Shown here one piece after another: positions 35,257 through 44,858 of a stretch of DNA of 49,768 nt (position 1 is its first letter; every line of letters starts with the position of its first letter). The notes under the pieces are model-generated. The model searched no databases. It saw nothing but the letters and a program-made list of their open reading frames with translations, and was not told where the DNA came from. The stretch comes from Candidatus Pacebacteria bacterium CG_4_10_14_3_um_filter_34_15. Its GTDB lineage: Bacteria; Patescibacteriota; Microgenomatia; UBA1400; PJMF01. The stretch covers positions 1 through 49,768 of the forward strand of contig PFJN01000068.1 of NCBI GenBank assembly GCA_002783105.1, in the 5' to 3' direction. The position numbers were made by a program, and so were the translations under genes.

Positions 35257-36531
35257 ATGCTAGACATCAACTACATCCGCACAAATTCAGAAAAAATAAA
35301 GACTGCTTGCAAAAATAAGCAGCTCGATGCTTCAATCGTGGATCAACTACTTGCAACAGATCTCAAAAGACGAGAGCTTCAAATTCAAGTAGATGATCTT
35401 AGAAAAAAAAGTAATGAACATGTTGAGATAATAAAGAAAGCAGTTCAGGCTGGAAATAAGCCAACTCCTGAACAAATCGCTAAAGGAAAAGAAATAAAAA
35501 CTGAAATTCAAAAATACGAACCAGAACTTAAAGAAGTCCAAGAAGAATACAAAAAACTAATGTTTCAAGTTCCAAATGTGCCAGCTCAAGATGTTCCAGT
35601 TGGAAAAGATGAATCCGGGAATGTTGTCCAAAGAGAAGTTGGTGAAAAACCAAAATTTGATTTTGAACCAAAAGAACATTACGAATTAATGGAAAACTTG
35701 GGATTACTCGACACCAAACGAGCTGTCAGAGTTGGCGGCTTTAGATCTTATTTTTTAAAAAATGATGCTTTGTTATTAGAACAGGCAGTACTAAATTACG
35801 CTCTAAAACTTCTCAGTGAGGCTGGTTTTACTCCAATGTCTGCTCCAATTCTTGTCAACGAAGAAGTAATGTGGGGAACTGGATATTTGCCATGGGGCAA
35901 TGAGGATCATTACAAAACTCAAGATGATCAATTTTTAGCAGGAACTGCTGAAGTAGCTCTAACTGCATATAGAATGGGAGAGACCCTGAATGAAAAAGAG
36001 CTGCCTTATAAAATGTGTGGCTTGTCTCCTTGCTTTAGAAAAGAAGTTGGTACCTATGGAAAAGATACAAAAGGAATTATTAGAGTCCACCAATTTAACA
36101 AAGTCGAACAAGTTGTTTATACAATAGCCGATGAGGAAGAAACAAGAAAATGGCATGAGAAAATGACTGAATTTTCTGAAACCTTACTCAATAATTTAGG
36201 CTTACCATACCAGGTTCTTTTAATGTGTACCGGAGATATGGGAGCAGGACAGCGTAAAAAATATGATATCGAAACATGGTTTCCTGGACAAAATAAATAC
36301 CGCGAAACACACTCAGCAAGTTATTTTAATGACTTTCAAGCACGAAGACTTAATATTAAATATCAAGCCAAGGATGGTACGACTAAATACGTCTATACTT
36401 TGAACAATACTATGGCAGCAACACCTAGACTTTTGGGAGCTATAATCGAAAACTATCAACAAAAAGATGGCTCAATAAAAGTTCCTGACGTCTTGCAACC
36501 ATACCTTGGAAAAGATACCATTAAAAACTAA
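35257..36531 (+). CDS. serS: seryl-tRNA synthetase
   Basis: N-terminal coiled-coil arm and a class II core (GTAEVAL, RVHQFNKVE, TLNNTMAATPR). Confidence 0.96.
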   Translation: MLDINYIRTNSEKIKTACKNKQLDASIVDQLLATDLKRRELQIQVDDLRKKSNEHVEIIKKAVQAGNKPTPEQIAKGKEIKTEIQKYEPELKEVQEEYKKLMFQVPNVPAQDVPVGKDESGNVVQREVGEKPKFDFEPKEHYELMENLGLLDTKRAVRVGGFRSYFLKNDALLLEQAVLNYALKLLSEAGFTPMSAPILVNEEVMWGTGYLPWGNEDHYKTQDDQFLAGTAEVALTAYRMGETLNEKELPYKMCGLSPCFRKEVGTYGKDTKGIIRVHQFNKVEQVVYTIADEEETRKWHEKMTEFSETLLNNLGLPYQVLLMCTGDMGAGQRKKYDIETWFPGQNKYRETHSASYFNDFQARRLNIKYQAKDGTTKYVYTLNNTMAATPRLLGAIIENYQQKDGSIKVPDVLQPYLGKDTIKN

Positions 36532-36613
36532 AAGGTTGATAATTCAACTAATATTACTTGTACAATTAAAAATAAAATATATATAATAGGATACCTGACG
36601 AACCAGAAAAACT

Positions 36614-39562
36614 ATGTTTAAATTTCTAAAAACCTTATTTGATGAAAACAAAAAAACCATTGATAAATACAATGTAATCGTTGAGCAAATAAACTCATTT
36701 GAACCAGAAATAAAAAAACTTACAGATAAAAAACTCGCAGCACAAACAAATAAATTTAGAAAAACTATCGCTGAAGAGTTTGAAGCTGGAAAGTCTGAAG
36801 AAGACATTTTGACCTCAATTCTCCCAGAGGCATTTGCAACTGTTAGAGAAACTTCCAGAAGAGTTATAGGAATGCGTCATTACGACGTTCAACTTTTAGC
36901 AGGAATCGCACTTCACTACAGTAATATCACAGAACAAAAAACAGGTGAGGGGAAAACCTTAACAGTTACCGCTTCTTTATACCTCAACTCACTTCTTGGA
37001 AAAGGTGCTCATTTAATTACCGTCAATGACTATCTTGCAGAACTTGGGTGCGGTTGGATGGGACCAGTTTATGAATTCTTAGGACTTACTACTTCGGTAA
37101 TTGTTCACGAACACTCCAAAAAATATAATTCTTCTATAGATAGTGAGGAACGTGGCGACGAACGTCTTGAACACTTTGAGGAAATTTCTAGAAGAGATGC
37201 CTATGCCACAGACATTACCTATGGAACAAACAATGAGTTTGGTTTTGATTATCTAAGAGATAACATGGTTCAGACTCAAGAAAAAATGGTACAAAGAGTA
37301 AATAATGCTCACCACTATGCAATTGTTGATGAAGCTGACTCAATTTTAATTGACGAAGCAAGAACTCCTTTGATTATTTCTGCGCCCGATGCAGAACCAA
37401 CCAGAAAATATGTTGAATACTCAAAAATGATCACTTCCTTAACTGGAAATGTTGATTATATCGTTGATGAAAAAGCAAGAACGGCAACATTGACTGATTT
37501 AGGTGTCAAAAGAGTTGAACAAAAAATTGGCGTATCAAATCTTTACGAAGAGAGTTTCGACACCATTCATCACATTGAATCCGCGCTCAAAGCAAAAGCC
37601 TTATTTTTCAGAGACAAAAATTACGTTGTCAAAGAGGGTGAAGTTATTATCGTTGATGAGCACACCGGTAGATTAATGTATGGAAGAAGATATTCAGATG
37701 GTTTACACCAAGCAATTGAAGCTAAAGAAGGAGTTAAGATCCAACAAGAATCAAGAACCTTGGCAACAATTTCAATCCAAAATTACTTTAGACTCTACAA
37801 AAAACTCAGTGGTATGACTGGAACAGCTCTAACAGAATCTGAAGAGTTCAACGAGATCTATCATATCAATGTTTTAGCAATTCCAACCAACGTCGAAGTC
37901 ATTAGAACTGACAAACCCGATGTTGTCTACAAAACTACTTCAGCAAAATACTCGGCAATTATTAGAGAAATTCAAAAAATTACTGAAACCGGACAGCCAA
38001 TTATGGTTGGTACAAAATCAATTGAAAATAATCACATAATCTCAAATTTTTTAAAGAAGAAAAAAATAACTCATACTATCCTGAACGCAAAGAACCATGA
38101 GAAAGAAGCTTTTATTATCGCTGATGCTGGAAAAATTGGTGCCATAACAGTTGTTACTAATATTGCTGGTCGTGGAGTTGATATCGTTTTAGGAGGTTCT
38201 AAACCAGAACTAAAAGACTTCAGAAAAACTAAATTATTAAAAACAGCACCTTCAAAAGAAGATCTAGCCAAAGCCAAAGAATTTGGAATATCTCTGCCGC
38301 CATTGGTAAATCCAAGTAATTATAAACTTAAAGAATACTCTAAAGCCTTAAATGATTGGAAGAAGGAACATCAGGATGTTGTTAGCGCCGGCGGACTCTA
38401 CATTTTAGGCACAGAAAGACATGAATCTCGTCGTATCGATAATCAGCTCAGAGGCCGTTCTGGAAGACAAGGAGATCCTGGAGCATCGCAGTTTTTTGTT
38501 TCACTTGAAGATGAAATCATGAGAATTTTTGGTGGTGAGCAGATTGCCAAAGTTATGGACTTTCTCAAGATTGAAGAGGATCAGCCGATAGAACATTCTA
38601 TGATTGGAAAATCTATTGAATCAGCACAAGTCAAGGTTGAAGGCTTTTTCTTTGATCAAAGAAAAAGATTAGTCGAGTTTGATGACGTCATGAATCGACA
38701 AAGAGATATTATTTATAAGAGAAGAAAAAGACTCTTAGTTCAGTCAGAAGATAAAGAGGGCAGCAAAGTTTTGAGCGAACAAATTGGCAAATATATTGAT
38801 AATGAAATATCTTCGATAGTTACTCAATTTGCTCCAGAAGGTTACACTCAAGAAGAATATAGATCCTTAATAAAAGAATTTAGCAAATTAATTCCTTTTG
38901 ACCACGCTTCACAAGACCAATTGGTAAAAAATATTTCTGAAATTACCGAGCCAATTGAACTCATAGAGAAACTTTCAAAAGTGGCTCATGAAACTTACCA
39001 AGCAAAAGAAAAAGCTGTCGGTGAAGATCAAATGAGAATGTTAGAAAAAATTGTCACACTTTCAACCTTGGATGAAAAGTGGATGGATCATCTAGACTCA
39101 ATGGACTCATTAAAACAAGGTATCTGGTTAAGAGGTGATAAAAGAACAGTGCTTTCAGAATATAAAAAAGAAAGTTTTACAATGTTTGAAGAATTAATTC
39201 AAAACATTGAATCAACTATTACAAATAAGATTTTTAGAGTGCAATTCACAACAAATAGACCAATTCCTGTAAGATCAATCTTAGAAAATGCAGTTGAAAC
39301 TAAACCAGAATTAGCTAGCAATTTGTCTAGTGTAATTTCTACTTCAAAAACTCCTGAAAACAGACCAAATAACGTCAAGGGATCTCTTGGAGATTTGGCT
39401 GCAGCTATGGGATCGGTGGCGAGCTCTAGTTCCATTAATCAAAAAGCAAACACTGCCACTGCTGCCATAAAAATCAAAAGAAATGATCCTTGTCCTTGCG
39501 GAAGCGGCAAAAAATATAAAAAATGTGGTCTGATTGGTGCTCCGGAACATAGAGGAGGTTAA
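36614..39562 (+). CDS. secA: preprotein translocase ATPase SecA
   Basis: Motifs TGEGKTLT, VDEADSILIDEARTPLIIS and TNIAGRGVDI, plus the C-terminal zinc motif CPCGSGKKYKKCG. Confidence 0.97.
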   Translation: MFKFLKTLFDENKKTIDKYNVIVEQINSFEPEIKKLTDKKLAAQTNKFRKTIAEEFEAGKSEEDILTSILPEAFATVRETSRRVIGMRHYDVQLLAGIALHYSNITEQKTGEGKTLTVTASLYLNSLLGKGAHLITVNDYLAELGCGWMGPVYEFLGLTTSVIVHEHSKKYNSSIDSEERGDERLEHFEEISRRDAYATDITYGTNNEFGFDYLRDNMVQTQEKMVQRVNNAHHYAIVDEADSILIDEARTPLIISAPDAEPTRKYVEYSKMITSLTGNVDYIVDEKARTATLTDLGVKRVEQKIGVSNLYEESFDTIHHIESALKAKALFFRDKNYVVKEGEVIIVDEHTGRLMYGRRYSDGLHQAIEAKEGVKIQQESRTLATISIQNYFRLYKKLSGMTGTALTESEEFNEIYHINVLAIPTNVEVIRTDKPDVVYKTTSAKYSAIIREIQKITETGQPIMVGTKSIENNHIISNFLKKKKITHTILNAKNHEKEAFIIADAGKIGAITVVTNIAGRGVDIVLGGSKPELKDFRKTKLLKTAPSKEDLAKAKEFGISLPPLVNPSNYKLKEYSKALNDWKKEHQDVVSAGGLYILGTERHESRRIDNQLRGRSGRQGDPGASQFFVSLEDEIMRIFGGEQIAKVMDFLKIEEDQPIEHSMIGKSIESAQVKVEGFFFDQRKRLVEFDDVMNRQRDIIYKRRKRLLVQSEDKEGSKVLSEQIGKYIDNEISSIVTQFAPEGYTQEEYRSLIKEFSKLIPFDHASQDQLVKNISEITEPIELIEKLSKVAHETYQAKEKAVGEDQMRMLEKIVTLSTLDEKWMDHLDSMDSLKQGIWLRGDKRTVLSEYKKESFTMFEELIQNIESTITNKIFRVQFTTNRPIPVRSILENAVETKPELASNLSSVISTSKTPENRPNNVKGSLGDLAAAMGSVASSSSINQKANTATAAIKIKRNDPCPCGSGKKYKKCGLIGAPEHRGG

Positions 39563-39566
39563 GTAT

Positions 39567-40802
39567 ATGAATAATATTAGTCAAATATTGTCCGAAATAA
39601 AATTAGAAGAAGAGCGTAATTTAAATTTTCTCCATTTAACTGCAAATGAAAATCAGATGAGCAACACAGCTCGCTCATTTTTGGGATCAAAAATTTGTGA
39701 ACGGTATTTTTTTGGGGCTGGCGAGAACGACATTGTTGATTTTGGTCATTTAACCGCCCTCGGATTTAAAGGAGTAGCAAATCTGGTTACTACAGCTGAA
39801 AATGCGGCAAAAGAAATGTTACATGCATCTAGTGTAAATCTGAATGTTCTCTCGGGAGTCCATGCCATGATGTCAGCAATTCTCTCTACAACAAACCCAG
39901 GAGATGCTGTTATGACAGTACCTCTAGAATATGGTGGACATTTTGCAACTAAAAAAATCGTTGAAGTAATGGGAAGAAAACATACCTACGCTGAGTATGA
40001 CCTAGAAAATCTAAAATTTGATACTAAAAAAATTGCCAAGAAATTCAAAGAAGAAAATATAAAAGCATTATATTTAGATGTCTCTTACTATCTAAATCCA
40101 CACAATTTAAAAGAAATTAGAGAAGCAATTGGAGATCAAGCAATTATTATCTATGATGCAAGTCATACAATTGGTCTAATGATGGGTCAGCAATTTCAGT
40201 CTCCTCTGGATGAGGGTGCTGATGTAATATGCGCAAACACACACAAAACATTACCAGGACCTCATAAGGGAATGATAGCATTCAAAGATGAAGAACTCGC
40301 AAAAAATGCTAATGCTATTATCAATAAATGCCTTTACTCAACACCACATATTACTCATCTGATTGCACTTGCCATTACAATATTAGAAATGAAAGAGTTT
40401 GGCATTGAATATGCTAAACAAATAATCAAAAACTCTAACGCTATTGCTGAGGCATTTGTTAAATTAGGTTATGAAGTCAGAAAAGCAAATACAGGAAGAT
40501 ATTCAGAGAATCATCAGGTGCATATATTTATTGATGACAAAGGTGAGAAACTTCCGATGTATCAAAATTTAATTAATAATAATATATCTACTAATTTTGA
40601 AAATACTGAGTTAACCACTAACCTTAAAATGTACATTAGATTAGGAACTGCCGAAATTACTCACAGAGGAATGAAAGAACAAGAAATGATAATTATTGCA
40701 GATCTTATTGATAGAGCTATTAAAGGGCAAGATGTTAAACAGAAAGTTTTAGAATTAAATTCAAATTTTACTAAAATAATGTACTCCTTTGACAAAAATT
40801 AG
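39567..40802 (+). CDS. divergent serine hydroxymethyltransferase-family PLP enzyme
   Basis: GGAGG SD before ATG 39567. LTANENQMS corresponds to SHMT LIASENF, and NTHKTLPGPHKG corresponds to the SHMT THKTLRGPRGG motif carrying the PLP lysine. The canonical YAEGxPGxRYYGG segment is not recognisable. Confidence 0.65.
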   Translation: MNNISQILSEIKLEEERNLNFLHLTANENQMSNTARSFLGSKICERYFFGAGENDIVDFGHLTALGFKGVANLVTTAENAAKEMLHASSVNLNVLSGVHAMMSAILSTTNPGDAVMTVPLEYGGHFATKKIVEVMGRKHTYAEYDLENLKFDTKKIAKKFKEENIKALYLDVSYYLNPHNLKEIREAIGDQAIIIYDASHTIGLMMGQQFQSPLDEGADVICANTHKTLPGPHKGMIAFKDEELAKNANAIINKCLYSTPHITHLIALAITILEMKEFGIEYAKQIIKNSNAIAEAFVKLGYEVRKANTGRYSENHQVHIFIDDKGEKLPMYQNLINNNISTNFENTELTTNLKMYIRLGTAEITHRGMKEQEMIIIADLIDRAIKGQDVKQKVLELNSNFTKIMYSFDKN

Positions 40803-40817
40803 ACTTACCACCCAGTC

Positions 40818-40826
40818 TGATATAAA
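40818..40826 (+). promoter_or_regulatory. extended -10 promoter element (TGaTATAAA), 8 nt before the prs ATG
   Basis: TG at 40818-40819 and TATAAA at 40821-40826. ATG is at 40835 with no SD. Confidence 0.45.
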
Positions 40827-40834
40827 ATAACTCC

Positions 40835-41731
40835 ATGAAACTAATTTCTGGATCTTCAAACAAACCACTAGCTAAAAGTATTGCTAACAAGCTTGGGATA
40901 AAAATTGTAAATGTTGATATATCAAAGTTTGATAATGGTGAAAAGAAAGTTGCAATTGCTGGAAATCTTCATGGTGAGAATGTCTGCTTAGTTCAATCAT
41001 TTTCTAACCCAGTTGACGAGAATATTATTGAGTTTTTATTATTAGCAGACGCTTTAAAAAGAATGGGGGTTCGCCATATAAATTTGGTTTTACCATGGAT
41101 GGGTTACTCACTACAAGATAAAGTTTTTGCAAATGGTTCACCAATCTCCGCAAAAGTAGTCGCTGATCTAATTTCTAATTCTGATGTTAAAAGAATTTTC
41201 CTTTTAGATCTTCACAATACAAGTATTCCAGGATTTTTCTCAAAACCTGCTCATCATGACTCTGCGATTGATCTTTTTGCTGATTACGCCAAAGCAAACT
41301 TCAAACAGGAGAATACAATTATAGTTAGTCCAGACTTCGGAGGACTTAAACGCGCAAGAGTTTTTGCTGATAAATTAAACTTAGACTTAGTAAATATTGA
41401 CAAACACCGAGATTATAAAACTGGTAAGGTCACTCCTATGGGTTTAACCGGAGATGTTACTGATAAAATTTGCATCATTTACGATGATGTCATTAATACT
41501 GGAGGAACAGTTGTAGAAGTTGCTAAGTACTTAAAAGAAAAAGGTGCGAGCGAAGTTCATTTTCTAATCACCCATGCTTTGTTTGCAGGTAACGCGATAA
41601 ATCTTATGGAAAATGAAAATATTGATACTATAGTGATCACAAACTCTATTAATCATGACTCACTTCCAAGTAAAGTTAAAGTATTAGACTGCGCGTCTAT
41701 TTTTGAAAATAATTTAAGGAAATGGCTTTAA
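40835..41731 (+). CDS. prs: ribose-phosphate pyrophosphokinase
   Basis: Motifs DLHN, SPDFGGLKRA and the PRPP loop IIYDDVINTGGT. Confidence 0.95.
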   Translation: MKLISGSSNKPLAKSIANKLGIKIVNVDISKFDNGEKKVAIAGNLHGENVCLVQSFSNPVDENIIEFLLLADALKRMGVRHINLVLPWMGYSLQDKVFANGSPISAKVVADLISNSDVKRIFLLDLHNTSIPGFFSKPAHHDSAIDLFADYAKANFKQENTIIVSPDFGGLKRARVFADKLNLDLVNIDKHRDYKTGKVTPMGLTGDVTDKICIIYDDVINTGGTVVEVAKYLKEKGASEVHFLITHALFAGNAINLMENENIDTIVITNSINHDSLPSKVKVLDCASIFENNLRKWL

Positions 41732-41752
41732 GAAGTCGCATTAAAGGATATT

Positions 41753-43198
41753 ATGGCAAAAAGAAATCTAACACCAAAATCTGAAAACATGAGTAAGTGG
41801 TATACCCAAGTTATCCAACAAGCCAAACTTGCTGATTACTCACCAGTTAAAGGTTGTATGGTTTTTAGACCTAACGGTTATGGAATTTGGGAAAATATTC
41901 AAAAAAGCTATCAACAATTACTCGATAAAATGGAAGTAAAAAATGCTTATTTTCCAATCTTTATTCCAATGTCATTCTTGGAAAAAGAAGCAGATCACAT
42001 CGAAGGCTTTGCTCCAGAATTAGCAATTGTCACTCATGCGGGCGGAGAAGAATTAGCAGAAAAACTAGTAATTCGACCAACCTCAGAAACAATTATGTAT
42101 GACATGTATAGTAAGTGGGTGCAATCGCATCGAGATTTACCAATTAAAATCAACCAATGGAATAATGTGGTCAGATGGGAAAAAAGAACGAATTTTTTCC
42201 TCAGAACTACCGAGTTTTTGTGGCAAGAAGCTCATAGTGCACACGCTAACAAGCAAGAAGCGATAGATTTAATGTACGAAGCACTTGCATCCTATCGAGA
42301 AATTGCTGAAGATTATTTAGCTATTCCGGTAGTAACTGGAAAAAAAAGTGAATCAGAAAAGTTTGCTGGCGCAAACCTCACCACTACAATTGAAGCCATG
42401 ATGCCTGATGGAAAAGCTTTGCAATCAGGAACTAGTCATCATCTTGGTCAAAATTTTTCTAAAAAAGATGCTTTTAACATTTCCTTTCAAAATAGCGAAG
42501 GCCAAACTGAATACGCATGGCAAAACAGTTGGGGACTATCAACTAGAATAATTGGTGCAATTATCATGACTCATGGAGATGATGATGGAGTAGTAATGCC
42601 ACCAAAAGTTGCTCCAACTCAAGTTGCTATTGTTGCAGCCTCTCAAGATAAAGATATTATTGCCAAGGTTAAAGAAATTAAAAAACAATTACAAGATGCG
42701 GATATTAGAACAGCGTCAGATATTTCTTCAGAAACTTCTCTTGGTTGGAAACTTAACGACACCGAACTTACTGGAATTCCAGTTACATTAATTGTCGGAA
42801 AACGAGAACTGGAAAACGGTAAACTTACTGCTAATATTCGTTTTACTAAAACGAAACAAAAAGTATCACTTGAAAATTTAATTGATAATGTCAAAAAAAT
42901 TCTTGACTCAATTCAATCTGAAATGTTCAAAAAAGCTTTAGAAAGAACAAAAGAGTTGACACATTCAGTCGAAAATTATGATGACTTTAAGAAAATCATG
43001 TTGGGAGATCGTGGATTCATTAAAGCCTTCTGGTGTGAAAACGAAGATTGTGAGAAAGCTATTAAGGAAGAAACCAAAGCTACCACTCGCTGTCTGCCTT
43101 TTACTGACAACAAAGGATTAGTCAAAGAAGAAGATGGCGTCTGTATTAAGTGTGGTAAAAAGGCTACTCATCGTTGGCTCTTTGCACAGGCTTATTAA
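41753..43198 (+). CDS. proS: prolyl-tRNA synthetase, archaeal/eukaryote-like type with a C-terminal Zn-binding domain
   Basis: N-terminal WYTQVIQQAKLADYSPVKGCMVFRP, no bacterial INS editing domain, and C-terminal C..C...CIKCG...Y-COOH. Confidence 0.95.
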   Translation: MAKRNLTPKSENMSKWYTQVIQQAKLADYSPVKGCMVFRPNGYGIWENIQKSYQQLLDKMEVKNAYFPIFIPMSFLEKEADHIEGFAPELAIVTHAGGEELAEKLVIRPTSETIMYDMYSKWVQSHRDLPIKINQWNNVVRWEKRTNFFLRTTEFLWQEAHSAHANKQEAIDLMYEALASYREIAEDYLAIPVVTGKKSESEKFAGANLTTTIEAMMPDGKALQSGTSHHLGQNFSKKDAFNISFQNSEGQTEYAWQNSWGLSTRIIGAIIMTHGDDDGVVMPPKVAPTQVAIVAASQDKDIIAKVKEIKKQLQDADIRTASDISSETSLGWKLNDTELTGIPVTLIVGKRELENGKLTANIRFTKTKQKVSLENLIDNVKKILDSIQSEMFKKALERTKELTHSVENYDDFKKIMLGDRGFIKAFWCENEDCEKAIKEETKATTRCLPFTDNKGLVKEEDGVCIKCGKKATHRWLFAQAY

Positions 43199-43212
43199 AT
43201 AGAATGCATGTA

Positions 43213-43310
43213 TTTGCTAAATTAATGTTTAAATAAGTAAGCCTCAGCGAGTTCTGCTTTAGCAGAAAGTCAAAGAGCGTAGCTTACGTTTTAAATATTA
43301 ATTTAGCAAA
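43213..43310. repeat. 98-nt AT-rich compound inverted repeat (long hairpin)
   Basis: Outer arms tttgctaaattaatgtttaaa / tttaaatattaatttagcaaa (21 bp, 1 mismatch); middle gtaagc/gcttac; inner ttctgc-ttta-gcagaa. Confidence 0.75.
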
Positions 43311-43337
43311 CTTGAGACAATTTATCTTAACGACCTT

Positions 43338-43688
43338 ATGCCCGACACCTACAAGAATATTATTTTTACCAAACACGCCATTGAAAGAATGAACAAGCGT
43401 TCAATTTCTAAAGATAAAATTTGGCAAGTAATTAATCACCCAGATAAAACTTTTAATGAAAGCTCTAGCAATGAAAAAGGAGTAACTAAAAAATTTATCA
43501 AGGAAACTGGAGACAGGAAGTATCAAGTAATTGCAACTTACTTACCTAATGAACAAAAACATCTAGTTATTTCTACTTGGGTCAGAGGTGAAGACGATAA
43601 ACAAAGCATCATTTGGTTAATAATCACATTGCCATTTAAAATCATTTGGTGGTTAATAAAAAAACTTTTTAGTAAGTCAGTTCATTGA
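43338..43688 (+). CDS. DUF4258 (BrnT-related toxin-like) domain protein with a C-terminal hydrophobic helix
   Basis: N-terminal IIFTKHAIERMNKRSISKDKIWQVINHPD matches the DUF4258 signature. The tail IIWLIITLPFKIIWWLIKKLF is a predicted TM/amphipathic anchor. Confidence 0.6.
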   Translation: MPDTYKNIIFTKHAIERMNKRSISKDKIWQVINHPDKTFNESSSNEKGVTKKFIKETGDRKYQVIATYLPNEQKHLVISTWVRGEDDKQSIIWLIITLPFKIIWWLIKKLFSKSVH

Positions 43689-43853
43689 CGCAAAAGTTGC
43701 AATAATTATTACGCAAGAAATATGCAATATTCTATCTTATATAATATTTAGCTCTCTATCTGGAGTTTATGTTATATAACTAGACATCAATGCTTTTTAC
43801 TTCTATGATTTTCTAGATATTTTCGTATATTACTAATACATCCCGGTGAGGAT

Positions 43854-43915
43854 AACCCACTGCGAAATCTCTATTTAAACTTGTTTTAAATATGAACTTC
43901 GCGGTGGGTTTTTTT
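43854..43915 (+). terminator. strong intrinsic terminator with no gene immediately upstream
   Basis: AACCCACUGCGAA (43854-43866) pairs with UUCGCGGUGGGUU (43898-43910); 13 bp with one G.U. An inner UAUUUAAA/UUUAAAUA stem is present, then a U-run to 43915. Confidence 0.8.
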
Positions 43916-43948
43916 ATTCAGCGCCAAGTTACAAACCGAAACACCAAG

Positions 43949-43957
43949 TGATATACT
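43949..43957 (+). promoter_or_regulatory. extended -10 promoter element (TGaTATACT), 7 nt before ATG 43965
   Basis: TG at 43949-43950 and TATACT at 43952-43957, with no SD. Confidence 0.45.
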
Positions 43958-43964
43958 ACATCTT

Positions 43965-44858
43965 ATGGAAAGACAGTTAATTATCACTCATCACGCTCCT
44001 GATATTGACGCCATTGGAGCCGTTTGGATACTCAAAAGATTTGACTTAGATAAATATGCGGATGCAAAACTTGCCTTCACAAATCCTGGCGAAACCATCT
44101 CTATGGATGCTGCGAAAGATTTAGGCTTTGAACTTCATAACACTACTCATGTTGATACTGGCTTAGGTAGATTTGATCATCATCAAGCTGATAAAGGAAT
44201 TCAGAGACTAAGCGCCACTATGCTTGTTCGTGATTATGTTATCTCCAAAAATTTGAGCTTAGAAAACGATGAAGCCCTAAATATAATCAGTGAATATATT
44301 ACTCAGATAGATCATTTTGAAGAAATTTATTGGCCTGACGCTGGATCAGATAGATATGAATTTATGATCCATGAACTGATAAGAGGAATTGAGTTTGTCG
44401 ATCCTCATAATGACGAATCCCAAACTCAGTTTGGATTAACTTGTTTGGATAGTGCATACGCAATCTTGACTCAGCACGTTAAAGCTAAAGAAATTATTGC
44501 TGAAAAAGGTGATGAATTTTATATAGATGATATTAAATGCTTAGCACTTGAAACCAGAAATGATGACACAATAAAAATTGCCCAAAAACAAGGTTTCGAG
44601 CTGGTGATTCGTAAAGACAAAAAACTTGGTAATATTAGAATCAAAGTTAGACCAGACAGCAAATTAAATTTAGCACCTTTGTATGAATTAATTAAAACTA
44701 TTGACAAAAAAGCCACCTGGTATAACCATCCTGACGGAAAAATGCTATTAAACGGCACAAAAAAACATCATAATCAAATTCCAAGTAAATTAAGTATTAA
44801 TGAAGTTATTAAACTTGCAAAAACATCCTTATCAAAGAAAGCAAAAAATGAAGAATAA
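43965..44858 (+). CDS. DHH-superfamily phosphoesterase-like protein
   Basis: ITHHAPDIDAIGA (DHH motifs I/II-like) and GRFDHHQ (the DHH motif). I did not recognise a C-terminal GGGH (DHHA1) motif. Confidence 0.5.
   Translation: MERQLIITHHAPDIDAIGAVWILKRFDLDKYADAKLAFTNPGETISMDAAKDLGFELHNTTHVDTGLGRFDHHQADKGIQRLSATMLVRDYVISKNLSLENDEALNIISEYITQIDHFEEIYWPDAGSDRYEFMIHELIRGIEFVDPHNDESQTQFGLTCLDSAYAILTQHVKAKEIIAEKGDEFYIDDIKCLALETRNDDTIKIAQKQGFELVIRKDKKLGNIRIKVRPDSKLNLAPLYELIKTIDKKATWYNHPDGKMLLNGTKKHHNQIPSKLSINEVIKLAKTSLSKKAKNEE

Noticed and set aside
43213-43310. Long imperfect inverted repeat as an integron attC site next to a cassette-like toxin gene
   Set aside because: There are no RYYYAAC/GTTRRRY core sites at the ends and no intI nearby.
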